This document shows positions 1-13,038 of a stretch of DNA of 64,000 nucleotides, one piece after another. This DNA comes from Lytechinus pictus (Eukaryota): positions 9,550,001 through 9,614,000 of the forward strand of contig NC_087250.1 in NCBI RefSeq assembly GCF_037042905.1, in the 5' to 3' direction. The notes beneath the pieces are model-generated. The model saw nothing but the letters and a program-made list of their open reading frames with translations, made no database searches and was not told the DNA's origin. How positions within the stretch are numbered: the first letter of the stretch is position 1; each line of letters begins with the position of its first letter. The position numbers and the translations under genes were made by a program.

Positions 1-292
1 CAGCAAATCATATAAAATAAGGATTTAATAAGGGTGACTACTGTTTAATTCCAGTAGACAGGAATATCTCTGAGATTTCATATCCGACCATCAATGAGTT
101 TGTTGACCGAATCATTAAGGAAATAACGAGATCAGATTCATCACCTGAAACCGTGATATAGTCCAAATTCTTCCTTGGAATGGGTTGGGATTGTGGATTA
201 GGTTGAGTCGGATTAATACGTGGTGCCTTCTTGTTGTAATTAGGCATGTGAGACTTTCAACATCCTTTGCGGTAACAGAATAGTGTCACATA

Positions 293-605
293 GGCCCGTA
301 TTCTGAAGTCGGGTTTAACTTAAACACAGGTTTAAAGTTGTGGTTTAAGTATGGATAGCCAATTGTTAAATAAATCACTAACAGTAGAGTTATCATATTC
401 AGCTCATTTGGCTCTCAATTCATTAGTAATTGTCTAGGAAGTATAAAAAGATGATTTTCTTCATCATCGATGAATCAGAAAAGAGCACAGTAAACATAAG
501 AAACATATAACATAATGAATCATTTTTTAAACTTTTGGCTTCCCCATAATTTTAGCACAGAGTTAGACCATGGTCTAAGTTACACATGACTTCAGAATAC
601 GGGCC
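293..605. mobile_element. MITE with ggcccgtattctgaa TIRs (PIF/Harbinger-like)
   Basis: TIR ggcccgtattctgaagtc / gacttcagaatacgggcc, 3-bp TSD ata. Further copies at 32288-32792 and 42580-42870. Confidence 0.8.
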
Positions 606-2320
606 ATAGTGTATTAACCATACTGTAAAGAACACAGTGTCCCACAGTGTGTCCAGAGTGTGGAACAAAATGCGAAATCACATTCACACTGTTAAATTTG
701 ATCCTTTTTACAGTGTGAATCACATATTTACCTAATCGCCCATGTGAACACGCTGTGAACAGTCACACTTTCGGAATGCCCACAGTGTGAAAATGTCATC
801 ACACTGTTGAATTTGAGCAGTTTTGGACAGTTTGAATAATATTTTCACATAGTCAACTATGGGAACACACTGTGATCACACTGTGTTTTTTCCAACACGG
901 AACAGCTCCTTTTAAAAAGTGTACCAGGAGAAGATGCGATTCACACTGTTTGAAGGCTCACATAGTCACAGTGTGAAGAAAACTCCAAACTGTGGACACA
1001 TTGGGTGATTTTAAGCCCGGTGTTGGCGTTGGTGTTGGTGTTGGACGCACAATTCGGATTGCTTCCTCTAGCTCCAAAACCTATTCTAAATTTGTAAAAC
1101 TGATCCAGATCACATTATTGACATCTCAACAACTAGTGAGTGACTTGTCAAGACCATCTTTTATTTCTGTTGGTAAACTCGTGTAAGAAATGACCTAACA
1201 CCAACACCAAAAGGTCATTGGGAGTATTCACAGTGTGTTCGCATGTTGAAATATGTGAACATGTGATTCCCACTGTTAAAGTGCTTGAGACACAAAGTGT
1301 AACGCTGTTTTTTTTTTTCCCAGCAGGATTAAAGTAACATAGGTACCTCACTAACAGTCACAGACACACCTCTCCCAATAAAAATCCCGAAATCGCCTTT
1401 CCATTGCTTACGCTGTAAAACTGTGGTGTTGAAACCGACACCGGGGTCCCGTTTCATAAAGACTTGTTATAATAACAAATGCGCAATCTCAAGCTAATTT
1501 ACTATCAGCCAATCAGATTAAAGGATTTCAGTAGCTTTTAACTGTTATTGTGAATTTGTTATTGACAGTAACAAGTTTTATGAAACGGATCCCAGGTGTC
1601 CCAAGAGGAGTTCAAATTACATCCTAGAGGTTGAACATAAGAGCAAAGAGTGTTACATTAACAACAAGACAGATACAACACCACCCATGGGTGTTGAACT
1701 AGCACTGTAAATATAACACCGGAGTAATATGGATGTTGTGGTTTTTTTCTAACTACACCGATTAATACCACGTTTTTGGTTGTGTATGATGAAAAAACTA
1801 CAACATCAGAGTGGTCAGCCCTGTACACCTTTTCGCCGCCCATATACATTACAAAAACTGGGGTGCAATGGCGGATCCTACAAAGCATTTCATTGGCCCA
1901 ATTGGCTGGGAACTCTACTCTACGATGTGACTCTACCATGTCTACTATGCGATAGAATTATGTCCAAGAAAAAAAAAAGGAATTGGGAAGAAAAGGAAAG
2001 AGAGAAGGGTGAAATATAATATTAATCACCAAATTAGATTTGGTAATAAAAATGTCATAAAATTCGTGCTCGCTAGCTTCGCTCCCTTGAAATTTCAAGA
2101 AAAATAAATTTTGGCCGATACGCCATATCTAGTCCCCTACACATGTTTGGCTCAAAACCAACACTAGGTATCCTCAGTCCACTGGCGTAAATCCTTGCGT
2201 CACACCTATTGTTCAGAGGGGGGGGGGGGTGGAGCAATAGGCGTGACGCAAGGACTTACGACAGTGCCTGAGACACGTGTTAATGCTACAGTTTTGTTGT
2301 GTAATGGTTGGACAACTTAC

Positions 2321-2451
2321 GAAGCAGTCTCCTGAGCATTGTTGTTTGCCCAGATTCTGATCACTCTTGAAGAAGGGGTCTGCGCACGTAGCTCCGTCAA
2401 AGTAGTCGTTCTCACTGTCACATGTCCAACAGTGGTAGGCTGACGTGACAC
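2321..2451 (-). CDS. Ly6/uPAR-like gene A, second coding exon (GVTSAYHCWTCDSENDYFDGATCADPFFKSDQNLGKQQCSGDCF)
   Basis: cag| acceptor and |gtaagt donor, 131 nt (phase 1 to 0). CxxC start, 5 Cys, ends in C-F like genes B and C. No terminal exon found in 1-2320, so it probably lies left of the window. Confidence 0.85.
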
Positions 2452-3115
2452 CTGGGAGGTGACGTAAAGATTAGTTTTATGTGTGACGTCATATGCAAGC
2501 AGCTGCTCCATACATTGTACGATATAGAGATACGCTTGAATGAAAAGTTGACTATGCATGGCATTGGGTTGGTTCTTGTATAAATAGAGAAAATATTGAA
2601 AAAAATGTGTTGGTGAATGTGTGATGAAAATCAATTCAAAAATTATAAACTTCTTTTTATTCGTGACGTCATATGCGAGCAGCTGTCCATACCTTGTATG
2701 ATGCAGAATTATGAAAATAATGAATATGATTAATTTTGCTCTAGAAGGGTGATGAAATGTTGTGTCTAATTATTAATGCTCAGCAGAAATAAAATCACTT
2801 TCAATTTTTTAAGAATGCATTTGGGGAATTTCATATCGCACGACGTAAGAACGAGAAGTTTGTTTTTGATGTTGAAGAGTAAAAACTTTTAAAAATCATA
2901 ATTCCGATATTCTTTGACGGAATTTTATCAAACCTTTAATGAACTTTTTGTTAGGAATACTTCCCCATGAATATAAGTTCTATAATTATTACCGAAAGTT
3001 ATATTTTTCTGAAGTATTAATGAATTATTTGTTAAAGTTTAGGTAAACGGGCATCTAAACACAACAAATTATTAATGTCATTATGATTATCATATCATCT
3101 TAGAGAATAACTTAC

Positions 3116-3158
3116 CAAGAAAAGCGATTATAAGGAGCGCCGGTATCATATATTTCAT
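3116..3158 (-). CDS. Ly6/uPAR-like gene A, signal-peptide coding exon (MKYMIPALLIIAFL-G)
   Basis: ATG at 3158, hydrophobic signal-like peptide, phase-1 donor G|gtaag at 3116/3115. Upstream acceptor ttttcttcctctctag| places the exon start at 3202. Confidence 0.8.
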
Positions 3159-3328
3159 TTTGGTATATATCTGTAATATCGTGCATTAAGGAGCAATTCC
3201 ACCTAGAGAGGAAGAAAATTAGAAAAATAAAAAAGGATTAATAAGCATTAGTTTTTTTTCATGTAAGATAGTGATACAAACGAAGCAAAAGCAACCTGTC
3301 GAAGACTTTTGTGTTTTATATATATACA

Positions 3329-3329
<1 letters not shown>

Positions 3330-3396
<67 letters not shown>
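3330..3396. repeat. (TA)n microsatellite
   Basis: Pure TA tract. Others at ~17607-17636 and ~17718-17776. Confidence 0.95.
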
Positions 3397-3401
<5 letters not shown>

Positions 3402-4685
3402 AACTTATTACACACACACTTGTCACTGTATCAAACGAAATAGTTTAACCTGTCTTTCTATCAAAAAAATAAAATTCCCTTTTTACTGTTAGGATTTAGG
3501 TTTGTTTTCCTCGAACTAATTGATATACCCTCTTTTTCGGGAAAACATGGTTGCTTTTCATGAAAAAATTGTTGCCTATGGTGCAAGATGAGAATGAATT
3601 TTACAACATTGACAGTGAAATGCCTGCCTCTAGCACTGTCAGAATTCTTCATGAGGTAGATTTGAGTAAAAATTGTATAAAAAAATAACAGTTATGTATT
3701 TTTGAAATTCAATTTTTGTGACGTCACATGCATCTCTATCTACAATGTGAAGTGAACTCCATGAAATATAATTATCTCAAAACATTGTGGATTATTTTAA
3801 CTATACAGTTAATATATCACCTAACAAAGCATTATTGCATATCGGCTTCCATTGTGAAAAAAAAATCATAATCATGATTCATAAAAAATATGGGAATGTA
3901 TGGAAATCGCATTAGATAATGAAAAGAACGACAAAAAGAAACATTTAACAGTGTGAGTGCACCTTCATTCTGCGGGCACCTCGAATGGGTGTGTTCCCCT
4001 TGTTTTTCACCGAGTGGACCATGTGAATACGAGATTCAGTGTCACACTTGAGCCGTTCAACTGTGAAAAGATGATTACATATATATACTCCATTCCACAC
4101 TGTGGGCTTTTTTCAATTTACAGCAGAGATGAGGATGATGTTATGTGCACAAGGGCGCAAATCTCTCTCCAAAGGTAGGGGGACGAGGGGTTGGAAAATT
4201 TGACAAGCTTAAATAAAAAAGCTTATCACCCCAAATGTAAGGTCATTTCGACAAAAATAAATTTGACAAGGAAAAAAAAGGTAATCAGCTAAAAAGTAAG
4301 GTCATCTCGTCCAAAATGCATGTTTTATTTCGATTTTGAATGATGTATTCCTTTCCATCATAAAAGACCAAAATAGTAGGGGGCATTTGATATTGTGTCC
4401 CCCTACTATTTTGCGTTGGGGGACGCGTCCCCCTGGGATTTCCCCCAAAGTTTGTGCCTGATTATGTGTATATACGCCCTAATTGTCCCTACCAAAATCC
4501 TCCCGTATATAATTTCCCATAAGACATGCGTCAATTTTAGGGATTTTCTTTTACTTTCAAAATACTGCGAAACTTATAATTACAGCCTTTCTTATGTTCG
4601 AGCTCAGCCTTAATGTTAAAGAATAATTTGCATATTTTTGCATCAACGAAAATTCTCAAAGGAGCTAAAGACACGATACGTTACA

Positions 4686-4897
4686 CACTCTAAAAACACT
4701 GAGTAAAAATTTACCCAATACTGGGTAGATAGGGTACTTACTTGCATTTTTGAGTGGGTATTTTTCTCCCATATTGGGCAAAATGCATGTTTTAATGGTA
4801 ATTTCAACGCAACATTGCGTAAAATTGATAAAGTATTTGGTATGTTTTTACCCAATAAGCATGAATGTTCCCATTATTGGGTAAACTGTTTAGAGTG
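4686..4897. mobile_element. cactctaaaaa-ended MITE
   Basis: cactctaaaaac ... gtttagagtg. Same body recurs at ~31035-31256 and ~50141-50360. Confidence 0.7.
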
Positions 4898-5661
4898 CAA
4901 GCGTGTGCTGTCTTTCGACGAAATATCAACGACTTTCCATTTTCACTTTCCACTTTATCGACAAGTGGGACTATTACAATCATTTCAAATAACTACATAT
5001 CCAAAAGAATTCAGTCTTACCTGTTCAAATCTACGTACTTTTCGACAATCTTCGGTATATCTTGACGCGTAGCTACATGCTAATTTATCGCATTATGATG
5101 TCTTAATACGAATATGTGCGGTGTGTGATGATATCATACATTATACAAACAATAAAAAATGAAATGTTTATCTCCCTTTGACTGTGTCTTACTCGTTAAT
5201 CATTAACGAATATTTGGGCGCCATTTTGTGTTTCTGTGTACTTGGCGTTGACGTAGCGCGTTCACGCCTGTTGCCTTAGACATGGCGGTGAACGTCGATC
5301 ACCGATTCATCTGTACATTTGAAATAGATAGGCCTCTTTCGGTATGATGATTGTTGGCTGCGTGTAAACGCACCTAGGATTCTGATTGGGGTTTAAGGTC
5401 CCCATAAATTGTGTAAATACTAGTTACACATTAACTAAGAGAATGAATTGGAATGTGTGCGTGCCTCAAAACGTGTAGATCTTGTACCATTCATTATGAC
5501 TGACTCATACTAAAGCCTTACAGTTCGCAATTACATTTCATTCTCCATTTCCCCTTCATGCCCTTGTGATATGGATAAAAGGCTATAAGCCCCACGACTA
5601 ATTTCATCGTAGGAAATATTTTATCCCTTGTTTTTTTATCATTGCTGTGCTCAAACAATGT

Positions 5662-5938
5662 GGAGCGTTGTGGCCCAGTGGATTAGTCTTCGGACTTTGA
5701 AACAGAGGGTCGTGGGTTCGAATCCCAGCCATGGCGTAATTTCCTTCAGCAAGAAACTGATCCACAGTGTGCTGCACTCAACCCAGGTGAGGTAAATGGG
5801 TACCGGTAGGAAGTAATTCCTTAAAAAGCTGTGTGCGCTATGAACGCCTAGCTTAGCCGGGTAATATAGGAGCGCCTTGAGCACCTAACAAGGTGGATAT
5901 GTGCGCAATATAAATACCCTATATTATTATTATTATTA
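5662..5938 (+). mobile_element. Full-length tRNA-derived SINE
   Basis: A box tggcccagtgg, B box ggttcgaatcc, central gtaaatgggtacc motif, (tta)n tail. Confidence 0.85.
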
Positions 5939-8158
5939 AACTGTCACATACAAGACATATGGCCTACTGTAGTTTTTTTTGTAGTCACACGCACAAAAAC
6001 ATCCTACAACCTGACACCCACTAATAAATATCCACCCATTTTCTTATAACCCACTCACACTTACACACTAAACACCCACACAATATCCGTATACTTCGAC
6101 GCACGTACACTGTATATCCTCTCCACAAGCTGATACAAGTGACAAGTAATAATGTCCTTATTATTAGTTGACCAAAAAAAAATCCTTACACCCTAACACA
6201 CACCCACATATAACCACAACACACTAACATCCTATCAACCCACACCCATCGTCACATCCCACCACTGGAACACACACTCTCGGTCACAACACATACAGAA
6301 TAATTATAGACTATCTGCACAAAATGATGTAACGAGTGGTACATTATTGTGTCTCATGCGTCTCAGTTAGTGAAGTTCCCCTCGCAATCATATTCTAATA
6401 CTCACGCACACCCTCACACACCACTTTTTTTTTCAACATGTGTTTATTAAGGATTTCATTCAAATGGATTACATAAACTCCAAATAAATACAAAAAAAAT
6501 TACAAATCTTCATTTTATATCAACAAGGATATGCAAAAAAAAATACATATATATTTACCAAAAGCTGATGCAAATAAGGACGGAATGAAAATTCCTTAAA
6601 AAATATACTTTTATATCTACTTTTATATCTTGAAAAATATACTTTTATATCTAAAAAAAAATAATAATAATAACTAAACTGAGCCACACATACACTCAAA
6701 CGCCGACTCACACACGTACTCTCACAGCCTCCACAATAAATTTGCATTGTAACCCTAATCCTAACCCTACATCTTAGACAAAATTAAGCCTGGAGCAATT
6801 GTCGTAGGAGCAAATGTCGTGGCACCCACGTAATATAGGCACACGCACACGGCTTGCCCCCAAATATATTTTAAACGAACACCATCGTGAAAAATTTCAC
6901 CAATTTACAAACCAGTAGACAAACAAATTTTTCACGATAAATCAAATCAGAAATGTAGGAGATGTTGTAGTATGTACAAATTTTATTCCTACAAAAATGT
7001 CATTCATCATTTTTGTTCTTTGGTTTTAATACATGTCAATACAAAAACACATTTGATGATAGAAATACAGACCTTCCCTTAATATCTATAGTTAATTAAC
7101 ACTTTATACATGGTTGTAAGAACCGCAATGGTCCTACAATAATGTGTTAAGTAATGCAGTACCTACAATCGATAAACTTAACGTAACGAAAACTACATTA
7201 TCTTAATAATCGTAATATTTTCTTAGTTGCACTATAAGTAATAGAACAATAGAAATTGATTAGAAAAGCGTAGATAATACCTCAGAATATCAATTTTTAC
7301 AACACTCAAAGTATAAAATTACTGGTAATACGATTTTTTTAAATATCTTTTTAATTGTTCACTAAGAAAAAAAGGGAAGGAAATTGTGGGTTTCAGTTAG
7401 GTGAGATATTCGTAATAATAGCAATGTATATGTACAGCAAAATTTCAGAGTAATATCATCTATTCTTAATTATATACATGTTTGTCGAAGTACATTTCGG
7501 ACTTTCATGGGGAAATAATCTGGCTCATCCTTTCGTAATATTATCTTCATCTGTTAGTAATGATTAATATTTTTTCTCAAATTCATTTATCATTTCTCAC
7601 AAAACACAAGACATCTAATATACCACCCCTTTGAATGAAAAATACCGCACATTACGCATACACATAATTTGCATCAGTCGTTATCTTCGGTATATGGTGA
7701 AAATTTGTATAGACAGTTCGTCTGATTTAAAGTGCTAAACATGTCACATGATTAAGTCTCATATCTTATACCATCATGACTATTATTGCTATAAAATGTT
7801 TAATAAAATAAAGTACATCGCATGCACCAGACTACCAAAAAAAAATTGTTTTTTTTTACATATATCACAGATGCTCCCTATGTAATATTTTTCTCGGAAT
7901 GTCAACATAAATGATACCATGAAAAAGAATGTGAGCGAAATATATATATTCCATGATAAAGAAATGCTATGGCAGCATGATTAATTGGCATTGTAAACCT
8001 TTACCAACATGATGAAGTTTAGGAAAGTAAATGAAATAAAACAAAAAACCCTAAAAAATAATGGTAAATGATTTATGATTTATCGATATAGCAAGTTTCA
8101 TTTACTAAATTGTCACGTTTATAACAATTTTGCATGAATTGGTTTTGAGGATTGTTAA

Positions 8159-8742
8159 AGGAGAATGAAACTCTTGGAACAAGTTAGCTTTTGTGAAAGA
8201 AGAAAAATCTAAGAATAAGATCAACAAAAGTTTGAGTTAAATAGGACTAGCAATAGAAGAGTTATGAGCATTTGAATGTCGAGATCACTAATGCTATGGA
8301 GATCCTCTCATTGGCAATGCGACCAAGATCTATGATGTAACAGATGAACAACTCTCCCCTTTTGGACACTGAAAATATACCCCAAAACATCTCTTTTTGC
8401 TCATTCTAATCTAATGACAAACGATTCATCAATGATATAATGTTGTGAAACCTCTGTACTTGTCCTCTCATAAAGAGAACACCTCACCTTGTGATAGACT
8501 CCATAAAAGTGAGAATATAAGTGAAATAAGTACTAAAGTAATGAGGGAGTTGTACGTGTGTGACATCACAGATCTTGGTCGCATTGCCAATAGGAGGATC
8601 TACATGGCATTAGTGATCTCAATATTCAAATGCTCATAACTTTCTTATCATTCATTCAATCTTCCTCAAACTTTCAACAATATGTTTCTTTGATTTTTCT
8701 CTTTGATATGGATTCAGCTGGTTTCAAGGGTTTCATTCTTCT
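8159..8742. mobile_element. TTAA-flanked MITE (Kolobok-like termini AGG...)
   Basis: ttaa|aggagaatgaaac ... gtttcattcttct|ttaa with subterminal inverted arms. Same family as 24710-25297. Confidence 0.8.
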
Positions 8743-9410
8743 TTAAGGAAACTTTAAGAAACTCTAAACATGAATTTTCTCATGGTGGTTTGCCATATTT
8801 AATACACATTGCATTTGTTTTTGCTTGAATAAATTATAAAAACAGACATACACACTGTTAGATTGAAGTAATAGATGACGCCTTTAAAACAGATGCTTCA
8901 TGAAATTAGGTTATCTAAAACAATGCTAATGGCGATGTGCTATCAACCAAAGAACTTACTGGAAATTATGAATATTATATTCACACTTGTACATGCCTAT
9001 TCGTTCTACACGGTAAAAAAAAAATATTATAACTGATCTGAATATGCAATCTGCTTTGAAATAATGATCAGTAATTTGAGTGCAGAAGTAGATGATTCGG
9101 TTTGGTAATGTTTTCATTATTCTCCGATTAGAGTCAATCTGCTTATGATGACAATCCTTCTCCTGCAAATTGTGAATATCATATAATAATTTGGTAGTTA
9201 ATAATTTTTGTCTAGAATTATTTTTATTTTTTTAGTACACTTTATTTATGATTCATGCCAAAAATGTTAACATATTATGTTTATTATGTTATGGAAAATG
9301 TATTATACGAATGTTCCATGGATGCAGAAGAAAACAATAAATCAAATCAAATCAAAGGTTTCTGATATTATAAATTTCTTGTTTTTAAGTGAACAGTGGT
9401 ATATTGTGTG

Positions 9411-9579
9411 TATCAACACCATACTAACAGTTCTCATATCAGGAATCTCGTTATAACGAGAGCAAGGTATCAACACCGTAGTAACGGACCCCCCCCCCTT
9501 AGGAATGTTGTTATAACGAGAGCGATCTATCAACACCGTAGTAAAAAGGCCCCTATTAGGAATGTTGTTATAAGGAGAG
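9411..9579. repeat. Degenerate tandem repeat, ~57-60 bp x3
   Basis: tatcaacacc(g/a)ta...aggaat...gttataa(c/g)gagag at 9411, 9468 and 9528. Confidence 0.8.
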
Positions 9580-9745
9580 TGAGGTTGATCCGAACTGGAG
9601 CTGATCCATTGCAGAGGTTGGCGAAGCAGCAGGATTCGCAGAGCTGATGGTCCGGTTCTCCGTGACATGTTGGTTGGCACTCGGTCTTTCTTGCGGTACA
9701 GCCTCTAGAATAGTGGACGTTGCCGTAGTGGCTGACCTTCTGACT
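9530..9745 (-). CDS. Ly6/uPAR-like duplicated terminal exon 3b (SQKVSHYGNVHYSRGCTARKTECQPTCHGEPDHQLCESCCFANLCNGSAPVRINLTLLITTFLIGAFLLRC*)
   Basis: gacag| acceptor, phase 0, 216 nt open to TGA. Aligns without gaps to exon 3a through CCFANLCN. This frame is absent from the ORF track. Confidence 0.85.
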   Translation of the reverse strand, partial: SQKVSHYGNVHYSRGCTARKTECQPTCHGEPDHQLCESCCFANLCNGSAPVRINLTLLITTFLIGAFLLRC

Positions 9746-10873
9746 CTGTCGGGTTCCAATGAGGTATGTTGCCAGGAATGGTGGTAGCGGTGTGATACCA
9801 GTGGTGCATGGTGGAGGTTACAAGAGCAGATTATGCGGTGTTGGTTGGCAGATTAGGAAGTGGTTTAGAGGCAATGGTCGTTGAAACGACAGTAGTTTGG
9901 TGTTAGTAGTGGCGGTGCAAGGGGATGGAAATTGCAGGATTTGCAAAGTTGGAAGAGGAGCCATGGGAGCATTGTTGTCACAAAGTACGTGGTGTTAGCA
10001 GAGTAGTTATGGTGGTAAAGGATCAGTTGCCATAGATGAGGTGGTGGTAACAGTGATGCATGGTGGTGAAGATGGTGTTGGTGTTGCCGTTATCAGTAGT
10101 GGAATCAACGATGTAAGGTTAGGTCTCGGATTAGGTGATGTTGGTGGAAGTTGTGCAACGGTGGCAAAAGTATTAGTGGCAGTGATGGTGGTAGTGATGG
10201 TGGTTAAGGTTGTGTTGTTATGGCAATGGTAGTATCAGTGGTGGTGGGGTGATGGAGAACGATATTTTGCGTTTTAATAATGTTGTAAATATCATTATAT
10301 TGGAAAATGGTGGTAGCGATAGAGAAAGAATGTGTGGCGATAGTGAAAGAGCATTCGGTTTGTAGTTGTGTGGCAGAGAGCGTTTTTGTTGAAAGGTGAG
10401 GGAATGGATAATAATTGGTTGCGTTGACAACAGCGGGATCATCAAGTTGTTCAAAGAGGGGAAGGGCGGGTAAAACAAAATGGGTTTATGAAATGCAGTA
10501 CAACCACATACATGCAGAATGCCAATGGAATGCGTGTGTCAAGAGAGATGAGAAATAGATAGAAGGAATTTAGGAATGAGACGGGTCAATATACACCACA
10601 ATGATTTGCATTATTACATGTTATTCAAATAAGTGTAAATGGATTAGTAGGGGAAAGCAAAGAGGAAATAAAAAATCAATAAACCATGATGCAATCACAG
10701 CCCTTGTCAATCTTTATATTTAACCAATCACCTTATCGTTTTGATGATTTACATCAATCTATTATTTGCATATTTCTAAAGATGTTCAAACGAACTTATA
10801 AAGTTCTAAAGATCAGAACCAATGTTAGAGGAATGATTCGAACAGAAAAGGCACAAAAAGGCAAGTATGTGTT

Positions 10874-11095
10874 CTATAAAACAAAGACTACAGTGAATAA
10901 AGCCACGGCGAGAGAAAAGATATAGAAGACGTTGTTTGGGGTCAAATGTCTTGCACTGTTACAAAGGTTGGCAAAGCAGCAGGTTTCACAGATTCTGTAA
11001 TTATCTCCATCATAGCATAAATTCTGGCATTCGGTCTTTCTCTTGGTACATCCACGGGCTATTATCGTTTTATCCTCAATGTTCATGACTTGTTT
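10874..11095 (-). CDS. Ly6/uPAR-like gene B, terminal exon 3a (KQVMNIEDKTIIARGC...CETCCFANLCN + hydrophobic GPI-type tail)
   Basis: tgcag| acceptor, phase 0, 222 nt to the stop. RGC and CCxxxLCN LU-domain motifs, hydrophobic C-terminus. Spliced protein is 127 aa. Confidence 0.88.
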   Translation of the reverse strand, partial: KQVMNIEDKTIIARGCTKRKTECQNLCYDGDNYRICETCCFANLCNSARHLTPNNVFYIFSLAVALFTVVFVL

Positions 11096-12165
11096 CTGCA
11101 CCAGGCCGAGTTTTGTTACCGAATGGGCCGATACAAGCAAGGGCCGAGTTGGAAAGTAGAAGAGTTTTTAAAACAAATATATCAACATGGGTTGATTTGG
11201 AGTGTTGGATTATAAAGAAATGTGGGACACAAGTCGTCGTTTTGAGACATGGCAAAAATGTCGACCGAACCACAATAAGAGAGCATTTAGTAAATGTTTT
11301 ATTTCCGAATATAATTTCGCAATCACAAAAAAGAAAACGATTATTAAATAGTCGGTAAAACCTTGATTGATGTTATTGATTATAAAGAACAATGATAATA
11401 ATTTATTTTTTAAAATCAGTATCACAAAATCAATGAAAAATACACGTACAGGAAAGAATTGAATGATGTCTTTCAAAATATAATAACCAAGAAATCTTGA
11501 TAAAATGCAAAGCAATACCATTTATATAGAAAAGGGGAAATTTAGTAAGAATAAAATTCAAATAATATAATAGATTTCAGGTCATTTTAATGGGCAAAAA
11601 TGAAAGCAAATGACAGATCATTTGGATTTTTTCAAATTGAAGAATCCAAGTAAGCAAGAAGACATTAAATGAATTTGGAGAAAAGGGAGAAAAAATGAAG
11701 AAATCAGTTAATATATATTTTTACAGTATTTATATCTTGATAAACCTCATTCACCTTTGTAAAAAAAAACATTTGAAGCGAAATAGATAGCAAGTTAAAA
11801 CTAAAATATTGTTTAATTTTATGTTAATGACTTCAAAATCTTCCTTTTCAGAAGTACGTCTTATGCTTGTTTAATTGTTCTCTTTTGATTCAAATCAATA
11901 TTTTCTGGGATGGACTTGTCTTATGACCAACCAATTTGGAACTTTTAATAGGTTATTTATAAAACCGTTTGAGGTTGTTTAGCAAGTAAAGAACATTTGG
12001 GTTCCAAATACGGGACAAAAGGGTTCAATTTCACCCTTTTATCCAAGAGTGTAGGTTATACTTCCTCAATTGTTAGAATTGATTCTGGAATTAAAACACC
12101 TAACTAGGCCAAGTGTGGAAAATACAAACTTCTTTGCTCTCTTTACGTCATTACGTCATACTTAC

Positions 12166-12281
12166 GAAACAAAGAGATGTGTAATCGTCACATTCTGTGA
12201 TGTAAACACCGTCCTCCAAGGTGTTTGGGGTTGCACAATTTGCACCGGAACACTTGTAGCACCAGAGGGCGTCAGATACAC
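12166..12281 (-). CDS. Ly6/uPAR-like gene B, second coding exon (GVSDALWCYKCSGANCATPNTLEDGVYITECDDYTSLCF)
   Basis: tttcttttaag| acceptor, |gtaagt donor, 116 nt (phase 1 to 0). LxCYxC motif typical of the LU-domain start. Confidence 0.88.
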
Positions 12282-12992
12282 CTTAAAAGAAAGGGGGAAA
12301 CGGAAAACAATGAACCGCGCCAAATGAATAGTTTCAAATACATCAAGTTGTTGGCAAATATGTGAGGGTACAATTAGTTTTTTCTTAATTCTAAAGTCCT
12401 ATTTTGTGAATTTATTAAAATTGCTATTTCATTGGAAAAATTCTCACTGGTCATTCCTCTTCAGTTCTTGGCATCAAGCAGTCAAGACGGAGGTGGGGAC
12501 TCCTCCCCTAATAATCATACATATATATTTTTGTGGGGTGGGGATATTTTAAACAAATGCATCTAAAAATTGCCACAGTTACTCTTTAATTAAATAAAAA
12601 AAAACATCTTTGGAACATATTTTCTGGATGACCCAACCCTACAAGCATACTGCTTCCATGGGCATCAAATTTTCCAAATATGTATATATAAAACGACGTA
12701 TTTTGCATTTATTTAAAAGTATGATACGTCATTTGTATAATTTCCCATTTTTATACTTTGTAATATTTGTATATTTTTTATTTTGAATGGTTTTTAATGA
12801 GAAATAAAATACAAATTCAAATTATGTTACTTTTCATGTTATTTCACAATAAACCAAAGCCTTGACATTCATTTTTTTTATTTATCCCCCCAAATAATAA
12901 TGAAAATGTGGGATTAAAATATTCGTATTATATGAAATTTTAATTAACCCAGGCAACAAGATGTAAAATGAAATAAATTTTGATATAATTAC

Positions 12993-13038
12993 CAATGGTG
13001 ATGCATAACACAGCTGCAATTATTAAATACTTCATCAT
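12993..13038 (-). CDS. Ly6/uPAR-like gene B, signal-peptide coding exon (MMKYLIIAAVLCITI-G)
   Basis: ATG at 13038, phase-1 donor G|gtaatt, acceptor atttcag| at 13059. Similar to the gene A leader (MKY...). Confidence 0.8.

Noticed and set aside
38..247. 69-aa ORF as the last exon of gene A
   Set aside because: No CCxxxLCN motif or Cys pattern in any minus frame that I could read.
2317..2634. 105-aa ORF in the track
   Set aside because: Wrong frame; the real exon 2321-2451 is in another frame.
9750..10300. Thr/Pro-rich mucin-like stretch on the minus strand between exons 3a and 3b
   Set aside because: It is interrupted by stops and has no convincing splice sites or Cys pattern, so it is treated as UTR or intron.
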